This document shows, piece by piece, positions 27,401-42,305 of a stretch of DNA of 64,000 nt (position 1 is its first letter; every line of letters begins with the position of its first letter). This DNA comes from Chrysomallon squamiferum (taxonomy: Eukaryota > Animalia > Mollusca), in NCBI GenBank assembly GCA_012295275.1, contig CM022679.1, forward strand, positions 25,606,001 to 25,670,000, given 5' to 3'. The notes under the pieces are model-generated. The model was not told where the DNA came from, ran no database searches, and saw only the letters and a program-made list of their open reading frames with translations. Position numbers and translations under genes: made by a program.

Positions 27401-30400
27401 AGATTAAGAAGTTGTTCACATACAGTTTATTCCTTATTTCTTCCACTTATTATTTATTTTTATGAATACATTTGTTCAGATTATACCACAATGTAAATTT
27501 AATAAATAAATGACTATCCACAGCAACTGGAGTAGTTGGCATGAATGAATATTTCTAAAAACCTTAAAAGAGCATGGTTCAGTATTAATAAATTTCTTTT
27601 ATTCCTTAATATTTAATCTTGTGACAACAGTATTAATTTAGCATCACTGAACATTCATAGCAGCCATGATATTTGGCACGAGTATTTCTTTAAGAGGTTT
27701 TTGTTCATTATTAATAAATTTCTTTCATAATCTTAATATTCAATCTCATGACAACAATATTAATATAATACCACTGAACATGTACAGCAGTCACAATGTT
27801 TGGCATGAGTATTTTTGTAAGCAGTTTTGGTCAGTGTTAATAAATCTCATTCATATCTCAGTATTTTTTTTCTCTAGAGAGGGTGAATATTTGTATAACC
27901 AATTTATGGAAGTTTGTAGAGGCATTTAGGAATCCATCTTGATTGGATGTGTGGTTGAAATAAACAATATGCTGCCATTCTCTGCAGATTCGGTTATAGA
28001 TTTTTCTGTCAAGGGTAATAACTCAGACTTCGTATCCCAGGAGGCAAAGTTTAGCAAGTTCTATGGTTTTTATGGTTTGATAGTTTGTTCTAATAGTTTG
28101 ACTGGTCAGTTAAATGAGTGGCTTAATAAAAGTCCTGTTAAACATTACAGCTGTATTTATTTAATTATTATTTTTTTTTGTTCTTTCTTCCCTTTGTGTC
28201 TCTGCCTGTAGTTATCTAATTATTCTTTCAAGGTATTATTTTATGTGTTTGTATTGTTTCATTAATTGATAGTAGTAACCAATGTTTAATACTAATAAAG
28301 TATGACAATAAAATAGCAAGTTCATAAGAATGCACAGAGGCTGACATCTTAAACAAATAATACAAATCAAAAATACAATTTATTTATTTATTATTGTCTG
28401 TATGTATGTATGTTTGTATGTTTGAGCATGTCACTGCTCATTTACTGTTATTGGTTTCCAGTCCATGGGAAGGCACACTTTGCTGCTTACTGTTAAACTT
28501 AACCAATACAAGAAATAATAAATAATATACCGGTAGTATTAAAATATATTTAGATGGTGTTGTAAAGATTATTATAATATTGTGTTTAGAAACAGCACAT
28601 TATATTTGTTCATTCTTGTTTTTGTCAAAAGAAATTCCTGTTTTGTAGTAAATCATTACAGAATTGAATGATTCACATCTTCATAATAACTTTATATACA
28701 AATCTGTCTATGTAATCTACTTTGTTTTGTTTCAAAACCAATATATATAGTTCAATATCTGAATGTATGAACTGGATCATTTATCCAGCAAATTTCCAAA
28801 ATGTAGGAGGGGTCCAGAATTCCTTGATTTTCCTGTTTTCTTGACCAAGGCTTGATATAATTATACTTAAAATGTCAAAAATATACAATGAAAAGTAAGA
28901 AATGAAACTGTATTCAACAGATACAAATTAATACACTTTACTGGATCTAGCCTTAATATATACTTGAAATATACAATTTAAAAAAGTGAAAAATAAAGAA
29001 ATAAACTGTATTTAACCAATACAAATCTGATAATTGCTATTTTCTGGAAGCCAGGTAAATGGTTGGTACATGTAGTATTTCTTCTTCTTAACTCAAAGCT
29101 CAGAAATGGATATTTGCAGTTTTTTAATTTAAATAAAAAAATCATTTTTAAAAATTAAAAATATGAAATTATAATATCAGTAATTTGAAATTTAGTGACT
29201 TTTTCCCTAACTCATTATGTAACACAATATTCAACTAGAATATATCTTCACATCAAATTTCTATCTCTGAATACTAAAAACATCAACATTTGTAATCTCA
29301 ACTTTGGTCTATGTTTTGTTTCAGGGTAATTACACAGCCAAATCTTTAACAAGAATATATCTTCATATCAAAATCTATCTGTCAACATTAAAAACATCAA
29401 CATTTTTAATCCAAAAATTCGGTCTATGTTTGTTTCAGAGTAATTACATAACCAAATCATTTGCACTAGAATATAAACCTATCTTTGTGTTTGTTATAAA
29501 ATCATTTATATCACAGCTCTGTGTCTAAGCATTGTCAGATCACTGCAGTGTGTACAAATACTCTGAAGAAAGAGATAAGATTATTTGACTTGTTAAACCC
29601 CTTTGTTACTTAATCCATTACTATCAACAATGGTGGAAACTCTCAGGTGAATCACCGGCAACATCTCAATGAACTCTGCCAGTTAAAGGTGAATGAATAC
29701 ACACATCAACGGTAGCAGTTGATGTATAAAATATATAAAAAAAAAAAAAAAAAAAATCACAGTTTTTACAATAATTAGTTTTTGTTATCTGATTTCAGTC
29801 TGAAAAATCAGGTTGGAAGAAAAAGGTCTGTTTTTTTTATACTGAGAATTTATGTAGATGTTAAAATTTTTAAAAATCTTTCTATTCAGTTTTGTTTTCC
29901 GATTTGATGAGTTTCAGTCTGAAATTCATATTGCAACAAAAAGGTCAGTTTTAATGTTGAGAATTTATATACAAATATTCATTTTATCTGATTTCATGTG
30001 TTTTCAGTCTGAGAGTTGGGTAGGTAAAAGAAAAGTCTGTTTTATATAGATTTTACAATTCATGTAGATATTTGAATTTACATTTTGTTTTGTGACATCT
30101 ATTGTTCATTATCAAATAGGGTATTGACAAAGATGTTAAAGTTTTTATTCATATTTTATGTGATATTAAATTTCACAGTTTTAGCAAAGTCATTATTGTT
30201 TAGATTTTAAACTGATTTAAAAAAATTAAAAATAAAACAATTAATTTTTTCCAAAGATATAAATTGTATCTCAGAAACTAATAACTTTAAAATGTCTGTA
30301 AATACAAATTCTTCAGTTAGAGATCATTAGAACACATTGATACTTCTTCTCTTGAATATTTTGTCATTGTTTGTTGAGAACTGTTCCTCAGAAATGTTAT

Positions 30401-30490
30401 CGAGCCCTCAAAAAAGAAAAGAAAAAAGAAAAGAAAAATCATCATAATACTTCAAATTACGATATTTAAAAACTTTTAATTATTTTTGTA

Positions 30491-30540
30491 TGACTTTGGG
30501 TCAAAGGTCAGAATTGCTCAAAGTCATGATTACGTGACAG
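30491..30540 (+). promoter_or_regulatory. Consensus nuclear-receptor DR1 element within a CpG-retaining region
   Basis: GGGTCA-A-AGGTCA at 30498-30510, an inverted half-site TGACTT at 30491-30496 and TTACGTGA at ~30530. Confidence 0.35.
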
Positions 30541-32999
30541 CACAGTTATAAACTACTGATAAAATTAACTTTAATATTTAAAATATTACTGTCTTTGACC
30601 AACACAATGAGTTCTTAAAATGAGGTTTACGGAAAAAAAAAAAAAATAATAAATAAATAAATAAATAAATTTGCAGTTGATTTTTTTATTTTATATTTAT
30701 TTTTTTCTTTGTTTTAACTACGATTTCTGTTATGTACATCATTATTCTGGTAAATACGTTTAAAAATGCTTTAGACGATATATTATTTTATATTTATAAC
30801 CTTTTACCATTACTATTGTTTCTGTTATGAACCCAGTCATTGATATAAGAATGTTCGCGGGATAAAAATATTCAAAATATTTTTTATTTCATATCTATAC
30901 CTTTTCTTTTAATGGTTTTTGTTATTAACACAAATCAGAGATTGTAAAAAAAAAAAAAAAAAAATAAAAATAAACATTTATTTAACCCAGCATTATCCAT
31001 TAGCATATAAACAAATAACAACGTTAATAAGTCTAGATGCGTAATAATACAAAATTTAAAAAGTGTTGAAAAGATGAGTAATTCGGCACCACTCGTTTCC
31101 AACCACTATCTCAGTGTAGGTTTTCTCTTATAACAGTTCAAAGCAATATGCTGCTTCTATTTCGGTAAAAACACCACAGGATTTTATTTCCACTACAATC
31201 AACTCGACTCGCAAGCAGAACAACAACAACAAAAAAATCGTATGGGGTGCCCTATTTAGCAGCATCACTATGGAAACGGAACAAATGCAGAAGTCATCTA
31301 AGTGATCTTACGAGATTCAAACATGGAAGGAGAACGTTGTTTTTTTCACTTCATGTTAGATAATAGAATATAATTTGTTATTCTTGTTCTTCTTCAGAAA
31401 ATAGAATGCATAAGAAATTTATGCTAGCGCTGTAGAAACTTCATTCTGCAGATCAGATTTTTACTCATCTGTATAAACAACGTTATCTCTCTGCATCCAT
31501 GTTGTACTCTTATAATAGATTAGTGGTGCTATTTTTAAACATCTCCACTTCTTTTTCGCACTGCGTCTGTTTCGCTTCCTCTGTCTCTTTCTCTCTTTCT
31601 CTCTGTCTTTCTATCTCTCTCTTTTTTATTATTAAATGTCAAATGGAATGGTTCAAATAAGTCCAATGAAAATGATAATGACGTTTAAAAATTTACAAAA
31701 TCTTTACATAATCATGTTTGTGGTGTTAGATGTGATGTCATGCTAACTGTTAAAATATTAATATGTAAAACTTTGTTTTAAAATAATCTTTACATATTCA
31801 AGTTGTGATGTCATGGATGTGATGTCATGCTAATTGTTAAAACATAAAAACGTAAAACTTTGTTTAAAAAAAAAAAAAAAACTTTACATGTTCAAGTTTG
31901 TGATGTCATAGGATATGACATCATGCTAACTGTCAAACATCAATATAAAAGAATCTTGATAAATATTCAAGTTTTAGCTCTTAATTTATGCACATTACAA
32001 ACCCTTATCACATACACTGCTATTAAAAGATTGTTACCATGCTCAGAACACAATGCCAAAGAAATGGTTTATCAGAAAACGTGCCTGTACTATTATTTAT
32101 TTGCTTTATAAATCATGTTTACCAGTATCTTCTGTTTGTTGACAGTTTGGTTATCTGTATTTATCACCTGTGATACAGAAACAAAAGATCGAATGCTTGT
32201 TGTTGGTTCAGACTGTAAAATATTATCTTCAGGGTTGAGAAGTTCTTTATTTTCTCAGGCTGTTGGAATGTATGAAAACACTGAGATTTAAAAAAGAAAA
32301 AAAAATCAGTTGATTTTATTACTGACTGACTTTAAGTGTGAAACATCAGAATGTCATTTAATAAATGATGTAAGATTAAAAAATCTTTTAATCAAACCTT
32401 AATCTAAATAATCAAACGTTTAATACGTCCAATACAAAATCTAGCAAGAAAACATTTATTTTATGAATCACAACTTTCAAAATTCATAAATAAATAAATA
32501 AATAAAAATTACAAGCTTTTATCATCTAATCATGACACATTGGTTGTACTGGGAAACAGTTTAATTTTTTACACTGACAAAAATTGATCCTGTAACCCAG
32601 TAAACAGTGGGCAAGCAGCACTATAAGTATTGGCTTGAAGCCTGCACTGCAAGTTCCCCATCTACTCGAGCAAGTGCAGTCGTTTCCGTCTAGGAATTCA
32701 TTTATAGACTCTGGTAGGTAACTGTAACTGATTGCCTCATAGGTGGCTGCAGTCTGTTAGCATACCAGATAAGAGGAACACTGGCTCAGATACTGTGTTA
32801 GTTCTGAAGCAAGTTGTCATTTGGCTAGTTATTTTCTTCTGCTAATTTCATTTGGCACACCCAGCAGGAATAATATATTTATTAAATAATATCAAATATA
32901 ATTTTTGTATATACACACACCCACAGCCATATGCATATGTATATGTCTGAGTAGGTTTGTATGTAGGTAGATAGGTAGGTATGTGTGTGTGTGTACAGG

Positions 33000-33120
33000 A
33001 TAGCATAGTATAATATAGTATAGTACAGTATGGCATGGTATGGTATGGTATGGTATGGTATGGTAAGGTATGGAATAGTATAGTTTATTATAGAATAGCA
33101 TAGTATAGCTTAGCATAGCA
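33000..33120. repeat. Pentanucleotide microsatellite (TAGTA/TGGTA)n
   Basis: Directly visible. Confidence 0.9.
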
Positions 33121-35237
33121 CAGAAGTATAATATATAGATATAGTAATAAAAAGTCTAATAATATTCTTTATACCTCATAGTCATTATTGTTTTGTGGTG
33201 ACCTATGGTTGCTCATATCTGAGTATGACAGTAAAATAATAATGTTTCAGAACATCTGAAGGCTGCCATTTTACCACTTTACAACTGAAGTCATGATGTG
33301 ATAATCACATATAATTATAGGTGTATTTTTCTTATGCTAGAGGAAGCTTTGGAGCAAAGTGAGCTATCCTGTATGCACTGAAACTATGAAAATCATGGTG
33401 GAGCTCAGATACTATTAATTTGTACTGTTTCTTGTTTACTTCATCATTGCTTACAATAGGTGAAAAACACGAATAAAACAAAACTTGTAGATTATAAGAA
33501 TATGTTTAGGGGGTTTCTTCAACCTTCCAAAGGTATACTTTAATATATCATGATGCATTTATCTCTACCGTCAATTCTATAACAAAAAATAAATTCAGTA
33601 ATAAATGATTTAAAAGAGTATCCAAATGTTATCATGCATGTGTCAATTCTCAGATAAAAATAAATTAAGAAATGTAATTATGACTGAAAGGAGTATCCAA
33701 ATATTATCATTATCATTATATGTATCACATAATTATGTCAGTTCTGTGATAAAAATAAATTAAGAAATGTTTTGTTAAAAAGAGGATTCTAGAATGATCA
33801 TACATGTATCTGATACGTCAGTTCTTGATAAGAATAAAGAAATATGGCTGAAAAGAGAAACCAAACTTGAATAAGTTGTTAAACACTTTAATTTATATGC
33901 AGAAGAGAACATGTTACTGATAAAAAATATGTATATAATAATAATATATATATATACAGAAACCAATGATACATGGCTGAAATATGAAAATCCATGGAGT
34001 GTGTGGTCTTGCTTGTTGTGTTTAAAGGCTATACAATATCCACTGGTACTGTTAAAGCAAAATGTGGTAGTGTTACTTTGAAAACTTTACAACACATTCT
34101 TTATGTTGGGATACAAACTATATTATGGCTACCACGAAATGTAAACCAAGATGTGCAGTCTCAATCTAGGAATCGCAGGTGAATTTTCTGGTTGATTAAT
34201 TCTGAGGGTGATTAACCCTTTAGAGAATCTGTGACTTCCAAACAGTTGTGAGTAACCAGGAACACGTGTGAGTCTGTTTCAGTGTGGAGTAAGAAGTGGT
34301 GAATAATTCAGAAACATTTTCTAACTGCAGCAATGTTGTGATAAAGAGATACAGACGCACGTTTTTATTCATTTAATAAAACAGTCTTGGTTTCTGATCT
34401 AGCAAAATGGCAGTGGTCTAGGTTTACCTAAATGGTCTGATTTTGGTTTAGCAATGTGGCAAGGTTTTTGATTTTTTAAATATGAAATGGTCTAGGTTTT
34501 GGAAAACATGGTCATGGTTTTGATGTAGGAAAATTACTGAGTTTTGATTTTAGAAAATGGTCAAAGTTAAGCAAATCTGCAAATGTCTGATATTAAAAAA
34601 TGCCAGTGATCTAAGTTTAGCTAAATGGTCATGGTATTAATTATTCAAAGTAGACTTGTATGTAGCATAATTTTAATTGGGGTCATACAGATTTGATTTT
34701 GCATGTACAGCTGAGTTTATCTGGTTAAAAATTGTAAAGTAACTGCCTGCTTACACATTTCTCTGTTTAAAATGTAATAAAAGGCATAGATTATTGACAC
34801 TTTAAACAACTAGTTAGGAAAAATTATCCCAAAACCAGTTAAAAAACATAATAAAATAATATTTTTTATAAATGTAATTTAAAAAAAAAAAAAAAACCAT
34901 TGTTGTTTGTCATTTAAGATTTTAGATATAAAAATTGGTGAAAACAAAACAGAAACACTTTATAGACTTTTGATGAAAGTTAAACCTCCATCAACCTGCC
35001 TGGATGATGTTTTTTACATATTACTTTAACAGAGATTTTATTTTTCTAAAATTAATTCAGCTTGTAACACAAACATAATTAAAATTATATAGATGGTTTT
35101 GATATCCATTTGATGGCAGATTTTATTTATTTATTTATTTATTTATTTTATTTTATTTTATTTTATTTTATTTTATTTTATTTATTTATTTATTTATTTA
35201 TTTATTTTATTTTATTTTATATTTTTCTGTTTACCAG

Positions 35238-35305
35238 GTTGGACTGCACCAGGGGATAGTCAGGAAACAACTACTGGTTTGATTGGGAAATGTACAAATT
35301 TACAG
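35238..35305 (+). other. Candidate 68-nt non-coding exon
   Basis: T-rich tract then tttctgtttaccAG|G, donor CAG|GTGAGC, and higher GC than the flanks. Confidence 0.4.
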
Positions 35306-35570
35306 GTGAGCAAGTCATGTGTTGTATACCTTTTCTATTTTTGTACAAAGTTATAGGTGAGTAAGTCATGTGATGCATACCTTTTATATATATATATATG
35401 TACACAGTTACAGGTGAGCAAGTCATTTGAAAAGTCACTGTTTGTGTACAATGTTACAGATAAGTAACTCATGTCATGTGTACCTTTTCTATCTATGTAC
35501 AAACAGTGACTTACATTAAGTAAGTCATGTAATATATACCTTTTCTATTTACAGATGAGTAAATAAGTGA
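35291..35570. repeat. Degenerate ~50-60-bp tandem repeat (TGTACA..TTACAGGTGAG[C/T]AAGTCATGT..TACCTTTT), 5-6 units
   Basis: Units start at about 35291, 35342, 35399, 35445 and 35496. Confidence 0.8.
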
Positions 35571-36735
35571 TTTAAAACATGCCCTACTGTTATAAAATTT
35601 AAAACCTGCTGTTTAGATAATGTGTGATATAAAAGTGTTTTATATGTCTTCAAAGTGATGGTTTAGTCAATTACTGTTTTCAAAACAACTTAAAAACCTT
35701 GAAAACCAGATTATTAATGTCTAAATTCTTGCCATTTTTAAGTGTTTCCTTTTCTGTTTTCTGTTATTTCTCTTATTACAGTACTTTTTCTACTTCTTTG
35801 TCTACATTATTTCATTTTTTTTCTTCATTTGCTAAATATTTTTTCTTTTTTACTACTATTCTTTTTGTTCATCTAGATCTACGTTATATTCTTCTACTTT
35901 CATAATCTTGTATACTTTTTGTACTTCTATTTCTTATACTTAATTTTCTTCTTCTAATTTTGTTTAGTCTTTTACTCTTTTTTTACTTTTTTAGTTTTTT
36001 TATTTCAATCTATCCTATTATTATTATTATTATTAACTAAACAAAAACAAGAAAAGATCAACAAAAAAACCCAACAACAAAGCAAAACCAGACACAAATG
36101 CACATCTATCACCGATGATGAATCATGGGAATTGTCCTCCTGACCACACCCCTCAGTGGAAATGCTGGATCAACAATGACAATAAACAAGTTATTCCCAT
36201 TCCATAAATAAGGTCACAGTTGATAACACATATTCAATTATCCCTACATTCTTCTGTAACAGCTTATTTTATCAATCATGTCACGAACAAGAAAGCTATA
36301 GAGAAACAAAGCATACATCACAGTGCTGCCATTTTGAACAGAATTTTAAGTCAGTGCTTCCATTTTGAACTGAACTGTAAGGGTCAAAAGATTATCATAA
36401 TTGCATCAGTTAAAGTAGTTATTATAGATGTCATCATCATTGGTTTAGTGCGGTCATTTGAGTTGAAGTAATTGTTACAGATACTACTATCATTAGTTTT
36501 AATGTGGTCACTTTGAGGTTGTCTGGCATTTTAAATAGTAATAATGTTTATTGCCACTGTAAGTGTTGTAGTTGTATTGCTATTAAGTAATTGTGAATAT
36601 TAAAGTTTCTGTTAAAAGGTAATGATGAAATTAACATAATAATCAGCAGTATCATCACCATCACCATCCTTGATGAAGTAATAAATATTGTCATTATGAG
36701 ATTAGTTTTATCTTTAAGGTCTTTCAGAATTTGAA

Positions 36736-36736
36736 A

Positions 36737-36797
<61 letters not shown>

Positions 36798-36876
36798 GTA
36801 ATTAATAATAATGTAAAATTAAATAGCAATAACCACAATAACAAAAGCAGCAACAACAATAGCTGCAACAATAATA

Positions 36877-36921
<45 letters not shown>

Positions 36922-36931
36922 GCAAACAACC

Positions 36932-36996
<65 letters not shown>

Positions 36997-37026
36997 AAGA
37001 AGAAGAATAACAACAACAACAACAAC
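36736..37026. repeat. Compound microsatellite (AAT)n-(AAG)n-(AAC)n
   Basis: Directly visible. Confidence 0.95.
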
Positions 37027-39399
37027 ATTTGATACTATGAATCAATGTGTTTCATTTAGTTTATAGAAGTTTATAAAAAGTGATAGTTTATACTGTATTT
37101 GTCAGTACATACAAATAAAGGTTTCAAGGATTATTTTTTTTAATTCTTCTTCTCCGTTTTCTAAATATCTAATCTGTTAAGAAGCACAAGCCTTAAATTC
37201 CAATGAAATGATGTATCAGTTTCAAAATCTTTTTTCCTGAATTCTGAGTAACTTTATCCAAATGTATTCCATGATTTTTGATAACAATTTCAAAATACAT
37301 TTTTTTTCATTTCTAAATACTTTTTTTTTTTTGTTTTTACATTTCTTTATTTAGCATCAACCCACTGCTAAATTCTCTGATTTTTTTTTTTGATTTTTAA
37401 ATAAAGATTATAGTTCAGACTTGAAAAACACTGATTCAAAAGTTTCTCTGTGGAATTTTGATATTTTCTCCAGTTCTGAAATGTGTTCTATTTCTGCTCT
37501 CTACTTGTTTATGTAGATGAGTAATTACTGAACTTATTTCACTGGAGAGTTACACTAAGGGCCATTATCTTGTTGACACACCAGCATATAAGCTGGCATT
37601 ATCACTTTTGTTTTTGACAATTAGGTCAGCTGAGGTCGGGTCAGGGGAGATGGATGACCCTTGGTATTTGGGCTGGGACTGATTTGTTGTGTGTGGTGAA
37701 GAGTTTTTAGTTATGTAGGTCTTTTCCCAGGAAACTGACATACATTACATGACTTGTAAAAGTGCTTCTGCTTTTCTTTTTTTCTTGTCTGTGGAAAATA
37801 AACTTATCTGACCCCTTGTTATATAGTGATAGAACATTCACACACACACACACACACACACACATCCATAAATGCACTTACTTAAACACTGACACATACA
37901 AGAAACACACCTATACTCATACAATAATAATTATTTTAACAGTGTATGTTTGTGTGTGTTCATGTATGTGCATATTTGTGTGTATGTGTGTCTGTGTGTG
38001 TGTTTGTGTGTGTGTGTGTGTCAGTGGCACATACTACATCATAAAGAAAAAAAATGATGTCACACAACACAGATTATAATAAACAAAAATGGAAAATATT
38101 AAACATAATTCATAGAGATATTAGTATATAGATATTAGTATGTATATCTATAATATGTAGATAATATGGTCTTGAAACAATCTTATAATCATAAAATAAA
38201 TCTTTTAAAATATATAGAATCAATGTCAACAACATTTATATATCTTGTCATTTTTTCAAACTATTAAATTATTTACCTATCCCCTTTTTTTTTTTTTTTG
38301 AATTCATCAGAATAAACATTAAGAGGTATCTAATCAGATAAATTATGAGAGAGTTGTAAAATAAAACGCAGTAATTTATATCACATACCTATGACTCAGT
38401 CTTTTCACAACATTAACCAGAGCCGTATCATTAATGTGGAGAGATAATACAAAATGATTAATACAGGTAACTTGATACAGACAAACACAATCCCTCACAT
38501 ACTCTAACTGACCATCCTCACAGCCCCAGTTTGATACTGACATCCTAGTTGTGTCTGGCTGCTGTCCAGAAATCTTATCTGAGGATTGTTGGTTACAAGA
38601 TTTCTTTTCACACAGTGTATCCATTTTCTTATTTCCCATTCCAGACATATTTGTTTATCTAATTAATTGTTGTTATTTGTTTTCTGTGTCATTGTGAAGA
38701 TTTTTTTTTGGGGGATTGTTTCTTCTTCGATGTGATCATGAATCAAATATTAATTTCAAGTCTTTTTTTAAAATTGTTTGATTCGTAATTCTATTTGTCT
38801 TATTAAGTGTATTAAGAGAAATATCACACACAACAACAACAAAAAAATAAAAAATGACAAACAAACAAACAAATAAATCAACACAGAAAACATAAAACCA
38901 GTAGGCTTTATTTTTTATGCTTGTATTAGTTTTTAAAAAAGTAATCAATATTTAAATAGACAAAAATATCTAAAAATTAATTTCTTTTTTTTTTTTTCAT
39001 TTATTTTAACATCATTTTTTTTTTTTTTAAAATATTTTTATTGAAAACTAAACAGTCAAACATTTTTCATACATACTGACACACAGTTGAAATAAAAGTA
39101 AGTTATATGACTTTAACAAAAACACTGATCAATACTGAAATTAACACAAATATCTCACAATTTTATTATTATTTTTTTCATTTATTTTAATGTCTCATTT
39201 TCTTTTCTTTTTTAAAAATAATTTTCATTTAAAACAGAACAAACAATCAAACATGCATCACACACATCATCTTAGTTCAGAAACAGACAAAAAAAGAGCA
39301 AGTAACTTTCTACCATAACCTCCTTGTTTCACCTTTAACAAACTGAACATCAAAGGCAACGTTACCTGACTGCTACAGGTAAACTCCAGGTGTGTGCCA

Positions 39400-39600
39400 A
39401 TAACGTCAGTACACGAGTGCTCACCTGTGATTATCAGAACAAAGGTATTTAGAGATACTGGTGAGGATTATGTAGAAAAATATGCGGATGAAGCCGACTG
39501 CCGAGACGTTGTGATTGAGTGCTGTTGTTTACACGGTGACACCTCGCCGTTGTGGCTGTTTGTTTGTGTCACACTTGAGATAACAAACAATAACGATGAG
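39400..39600 (+). promoter_or_regulatory. Candidate proximal alternative first exon
   Basis: CpG-rich patch (39360-39600), Inr-like TCAGT at ~39406 and donor GAG|GTAATG at 39600/39601, 3.3 kb upstream of the large exon. Confidence 0.4.
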
Positions 39601-39669
39601 GTAATGTACACAGTTGTTGTGTGCACATTCTCTTTTCACTGGGATGTTTTCTGTTTACTGCTGGTATAT

Positions 39670-39757
39670 ATTACTGTTACTGTTATTATTGATATTGTTA
39701 TTATTATTGTTTTTGTTATTATTATTATTGTTATTATTACTGTTATTGTTATTATTA

Positions 39758-39804
<47 letters not shown>

Positions 39805-40052
39805 GTTGTTATTATTGTTATTATTATTGCCTATTATTGGAATATCTTTTGGTTTATTCTCAGATTTAAGGTATGTATTGTATTAGTTAAAATAAATAAG
39901 TAAATCAAATTTTAATTTGAATAATGAGTATTTATAGATAATATAGATATATGTATGCATACACACACATGCATAAACATACATGCATATACCAACAGAC
40001 ATGTATACATATATATTTACTCTGTATGGATATATAATATATACAATCACAT

Positions 40053-40086
<34 letters not shown>

Positions 40087-40290
40087 AAGCACACATACAC
40101 AGCAACACACAAACATACTTATACACACACACTCAGAACTTGCTCACATACATACACACACTTACACATTTGCACTCATATACACACACAACAACTCACA
40201 TACCACACAAACACACACAAATACACATTTGCACACACACATACACACACATGTGCACACACAAACACATATAAACAAACATACACACAT
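39670..40290. repeat. (ATT/GTT)n tract followed by (TA)n/(CA)n-derived tract
   Basis: Directly visible. It explains the cluster of pseudo-ORFs at 39394-40369. Confidence 0.9.
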
Positions 40291-41189
40291 TAAAATTATA
40301 TTTCACACAGCTTACAGCACAGCAGCAACATGTAGTCAGTTAATTGATATAACAGATATCTCTGTCTGATACCTGTTGGTAACGAGAAGGTTTCACAAAA
40401 ATACCTCACAGCTTGTCAGCATAATTAGCAGAAAAATGATCAGCAGTCTTTGATGTTTGCTCCAAAATAGTACATTTTGTAAGAAAAGCCCTCGGTTGCC
40501 CATCAGTCTGGCAGTCCATGCACAGCGCAAACTTCATCTCCAGAAATGTTGATGAGTTCTGCACATTTTGCCTGAGTGCTTGAGTGACAAGTCCGCTTGT
40601 ATTATGATGAATTGCATGTTTACACAGAAAAAAAAAAAAAAAAAAAAGTTTTTTGCCTAGAAGTTAGAACTGGAAAAAAAAAAAAAAATAAAAAATTGAA
40701 GGTATTTGCTATATCATCAGTGGTTTCCAGGCAGAAATATCACTGCTGTGTGCACACATGAAACTACTTGTGTGGTTTGGCTCAGGTGTTTGTTGTGTTT
40801 AATAATGTTTTTTTTTTTTTTTTTTTTTTATGACTCATACTGTTGTGTGCTGTTTCTTCCATTAATTAATTAATTTTGTTTTTCACTGTGGCTGCTATAA
40901 TATATTTCTTAGATTAATAAAAAAAAAAGTTTTTTTTTTATTTTTTTTTTTTACTGCTTAAGATTTAAAAAAAATATATTGTTCAACTCTTTGACTTACT
41001 CATTAGTGCACTTTTAGTAGCTGAAAATCTTGTAAACAGTTTGAGACTATTTTTAATATTTCAGTTTATTAAAGTAATTTTTCCATGGTTTATTATCCTT
41101 TATATATTAAGAAAGTAATAATGATAAAAAAATAATAAAAATAAAATGATGATAAATGAATGAATAATTAATTTAACTCTACAAAACAC

Positions 41190-41435
41190 ATTTAATATGA
41201 ATGGTTAGAACTGATTTTTTTATTTGAATAATGATGATGTTAGAAAGAAAAGACATGTTGCCATTATAAGGACTGTTTTTATTAACTGGTAGAAGGAGAT
41301 CTGTTATAATAAGCATCTTACAATCTAGGAGTTGAGGTTGGAATTGGATATCACTTCCAGTATATAACAATATTAACATCTGATCCATGACTGATATCAT
41401 GCTGAGCAAATACTCTAACCAATGGACTAACAAAA
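41190..41435 (-). mobile_element. Highly decayed SINE copy
   Basis: Ends in gagcaaatactctaaccaatggacta (reverse complement of the tRNA-like head), with tgatcc upstream. Confidence 0.4.
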
Positions 41436-42169
41436 GTTCATTCTCCAGGTTTTAGGTAATTAAATAAAACTTTGTCAAATCTATAAACAGTTCATCATAA
41501 AAAATAATGATTCTATCTTTTTTGAAAATAATTATATTTCTACACACCTACCCCCTAATTGGGTTATTTCCTTAAGTATGGTTATTTTGCTTAGTCCCAG
41601 AAAACATATTTATTACTGTGAGCTGAAGCATCAAGGTTATTTTGCAGACAGTAAACAGGACTGAAGTCATAGAAACAGGTGTTAAAGGGATGGGTGCAGC
41701 CATCTTAGCCTCATTCTGGCTGCCAATCCCACCAGTCATAATTGTGTGAAAATACTACAGGTTGCCTTCATCTTCTGACTTGGCACTGCCTCCAAGTGTT
41801 TTTACATGTTGATTGTGCTCATTTTGCTGTATGGTAAAATCTGAGAAAAAACCCCCAACAAATAAAAAACGTTTATTTTACAGCAATACCTTTACTTTTA
41901 TTTTTAATGGTTATTACCTGTTAAGCTTTTTTGTTTGTGTGTGTATAGGCCTATATATTTGTGTCTGTGTGTGTGAGTGTGAATGTGAGTTGAGTGAGTG
42001 TGAATAAGTGTTTGTGTGTGTGTTCACATGTGTATGTGTGTGCATTGTGACTGAGTGTGTGTGCATAATGTCTCTATGAATGTGAGTGTATGCATGCATC
42101 CATTTGAGTGTTCATACAATGTATGTATGTAAACACACATATACACTTACATGCACATCCCTTTATATA

Positions 42170-42305
42170 CAAAAGTTATCTGTGACAGCCACCTTAAACG
42201 TTCCCCTTTTATTAATTAGTTTTAATTCTGTATTGCAACCACCTGTCTAGCACAACCACTTTTGCATGGTTCCTTGAGTGGTCATAATACTCAGGTTGGA
42301 CTGTA
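42170..42305. mobile_element. Remnant of a TA-flanked MITE (Tc1/mariner-pogo-type end)
   Basis: Ends in CAGGTTGGACTG+TA, with a subterminal imperfect palindrome (acctg..accact / agtggt..caggt). The left TIR is not recognisable. A similar end (ggtggctgcattaacaggtttga) occurs at about 50628-50652. Confidence 0.45.

Noticed and set aside
36548-40369. Long hydrophobic or His/Thr-rich ORFs (poly-L/I/Y, HTHT, CVCV), also at 19678, 23305, 45347, 47015, 53436 and 59577
   Set aside because: They are translations of (ATT)n, (CA)n, (TA)n and (GA)n microsatellites.
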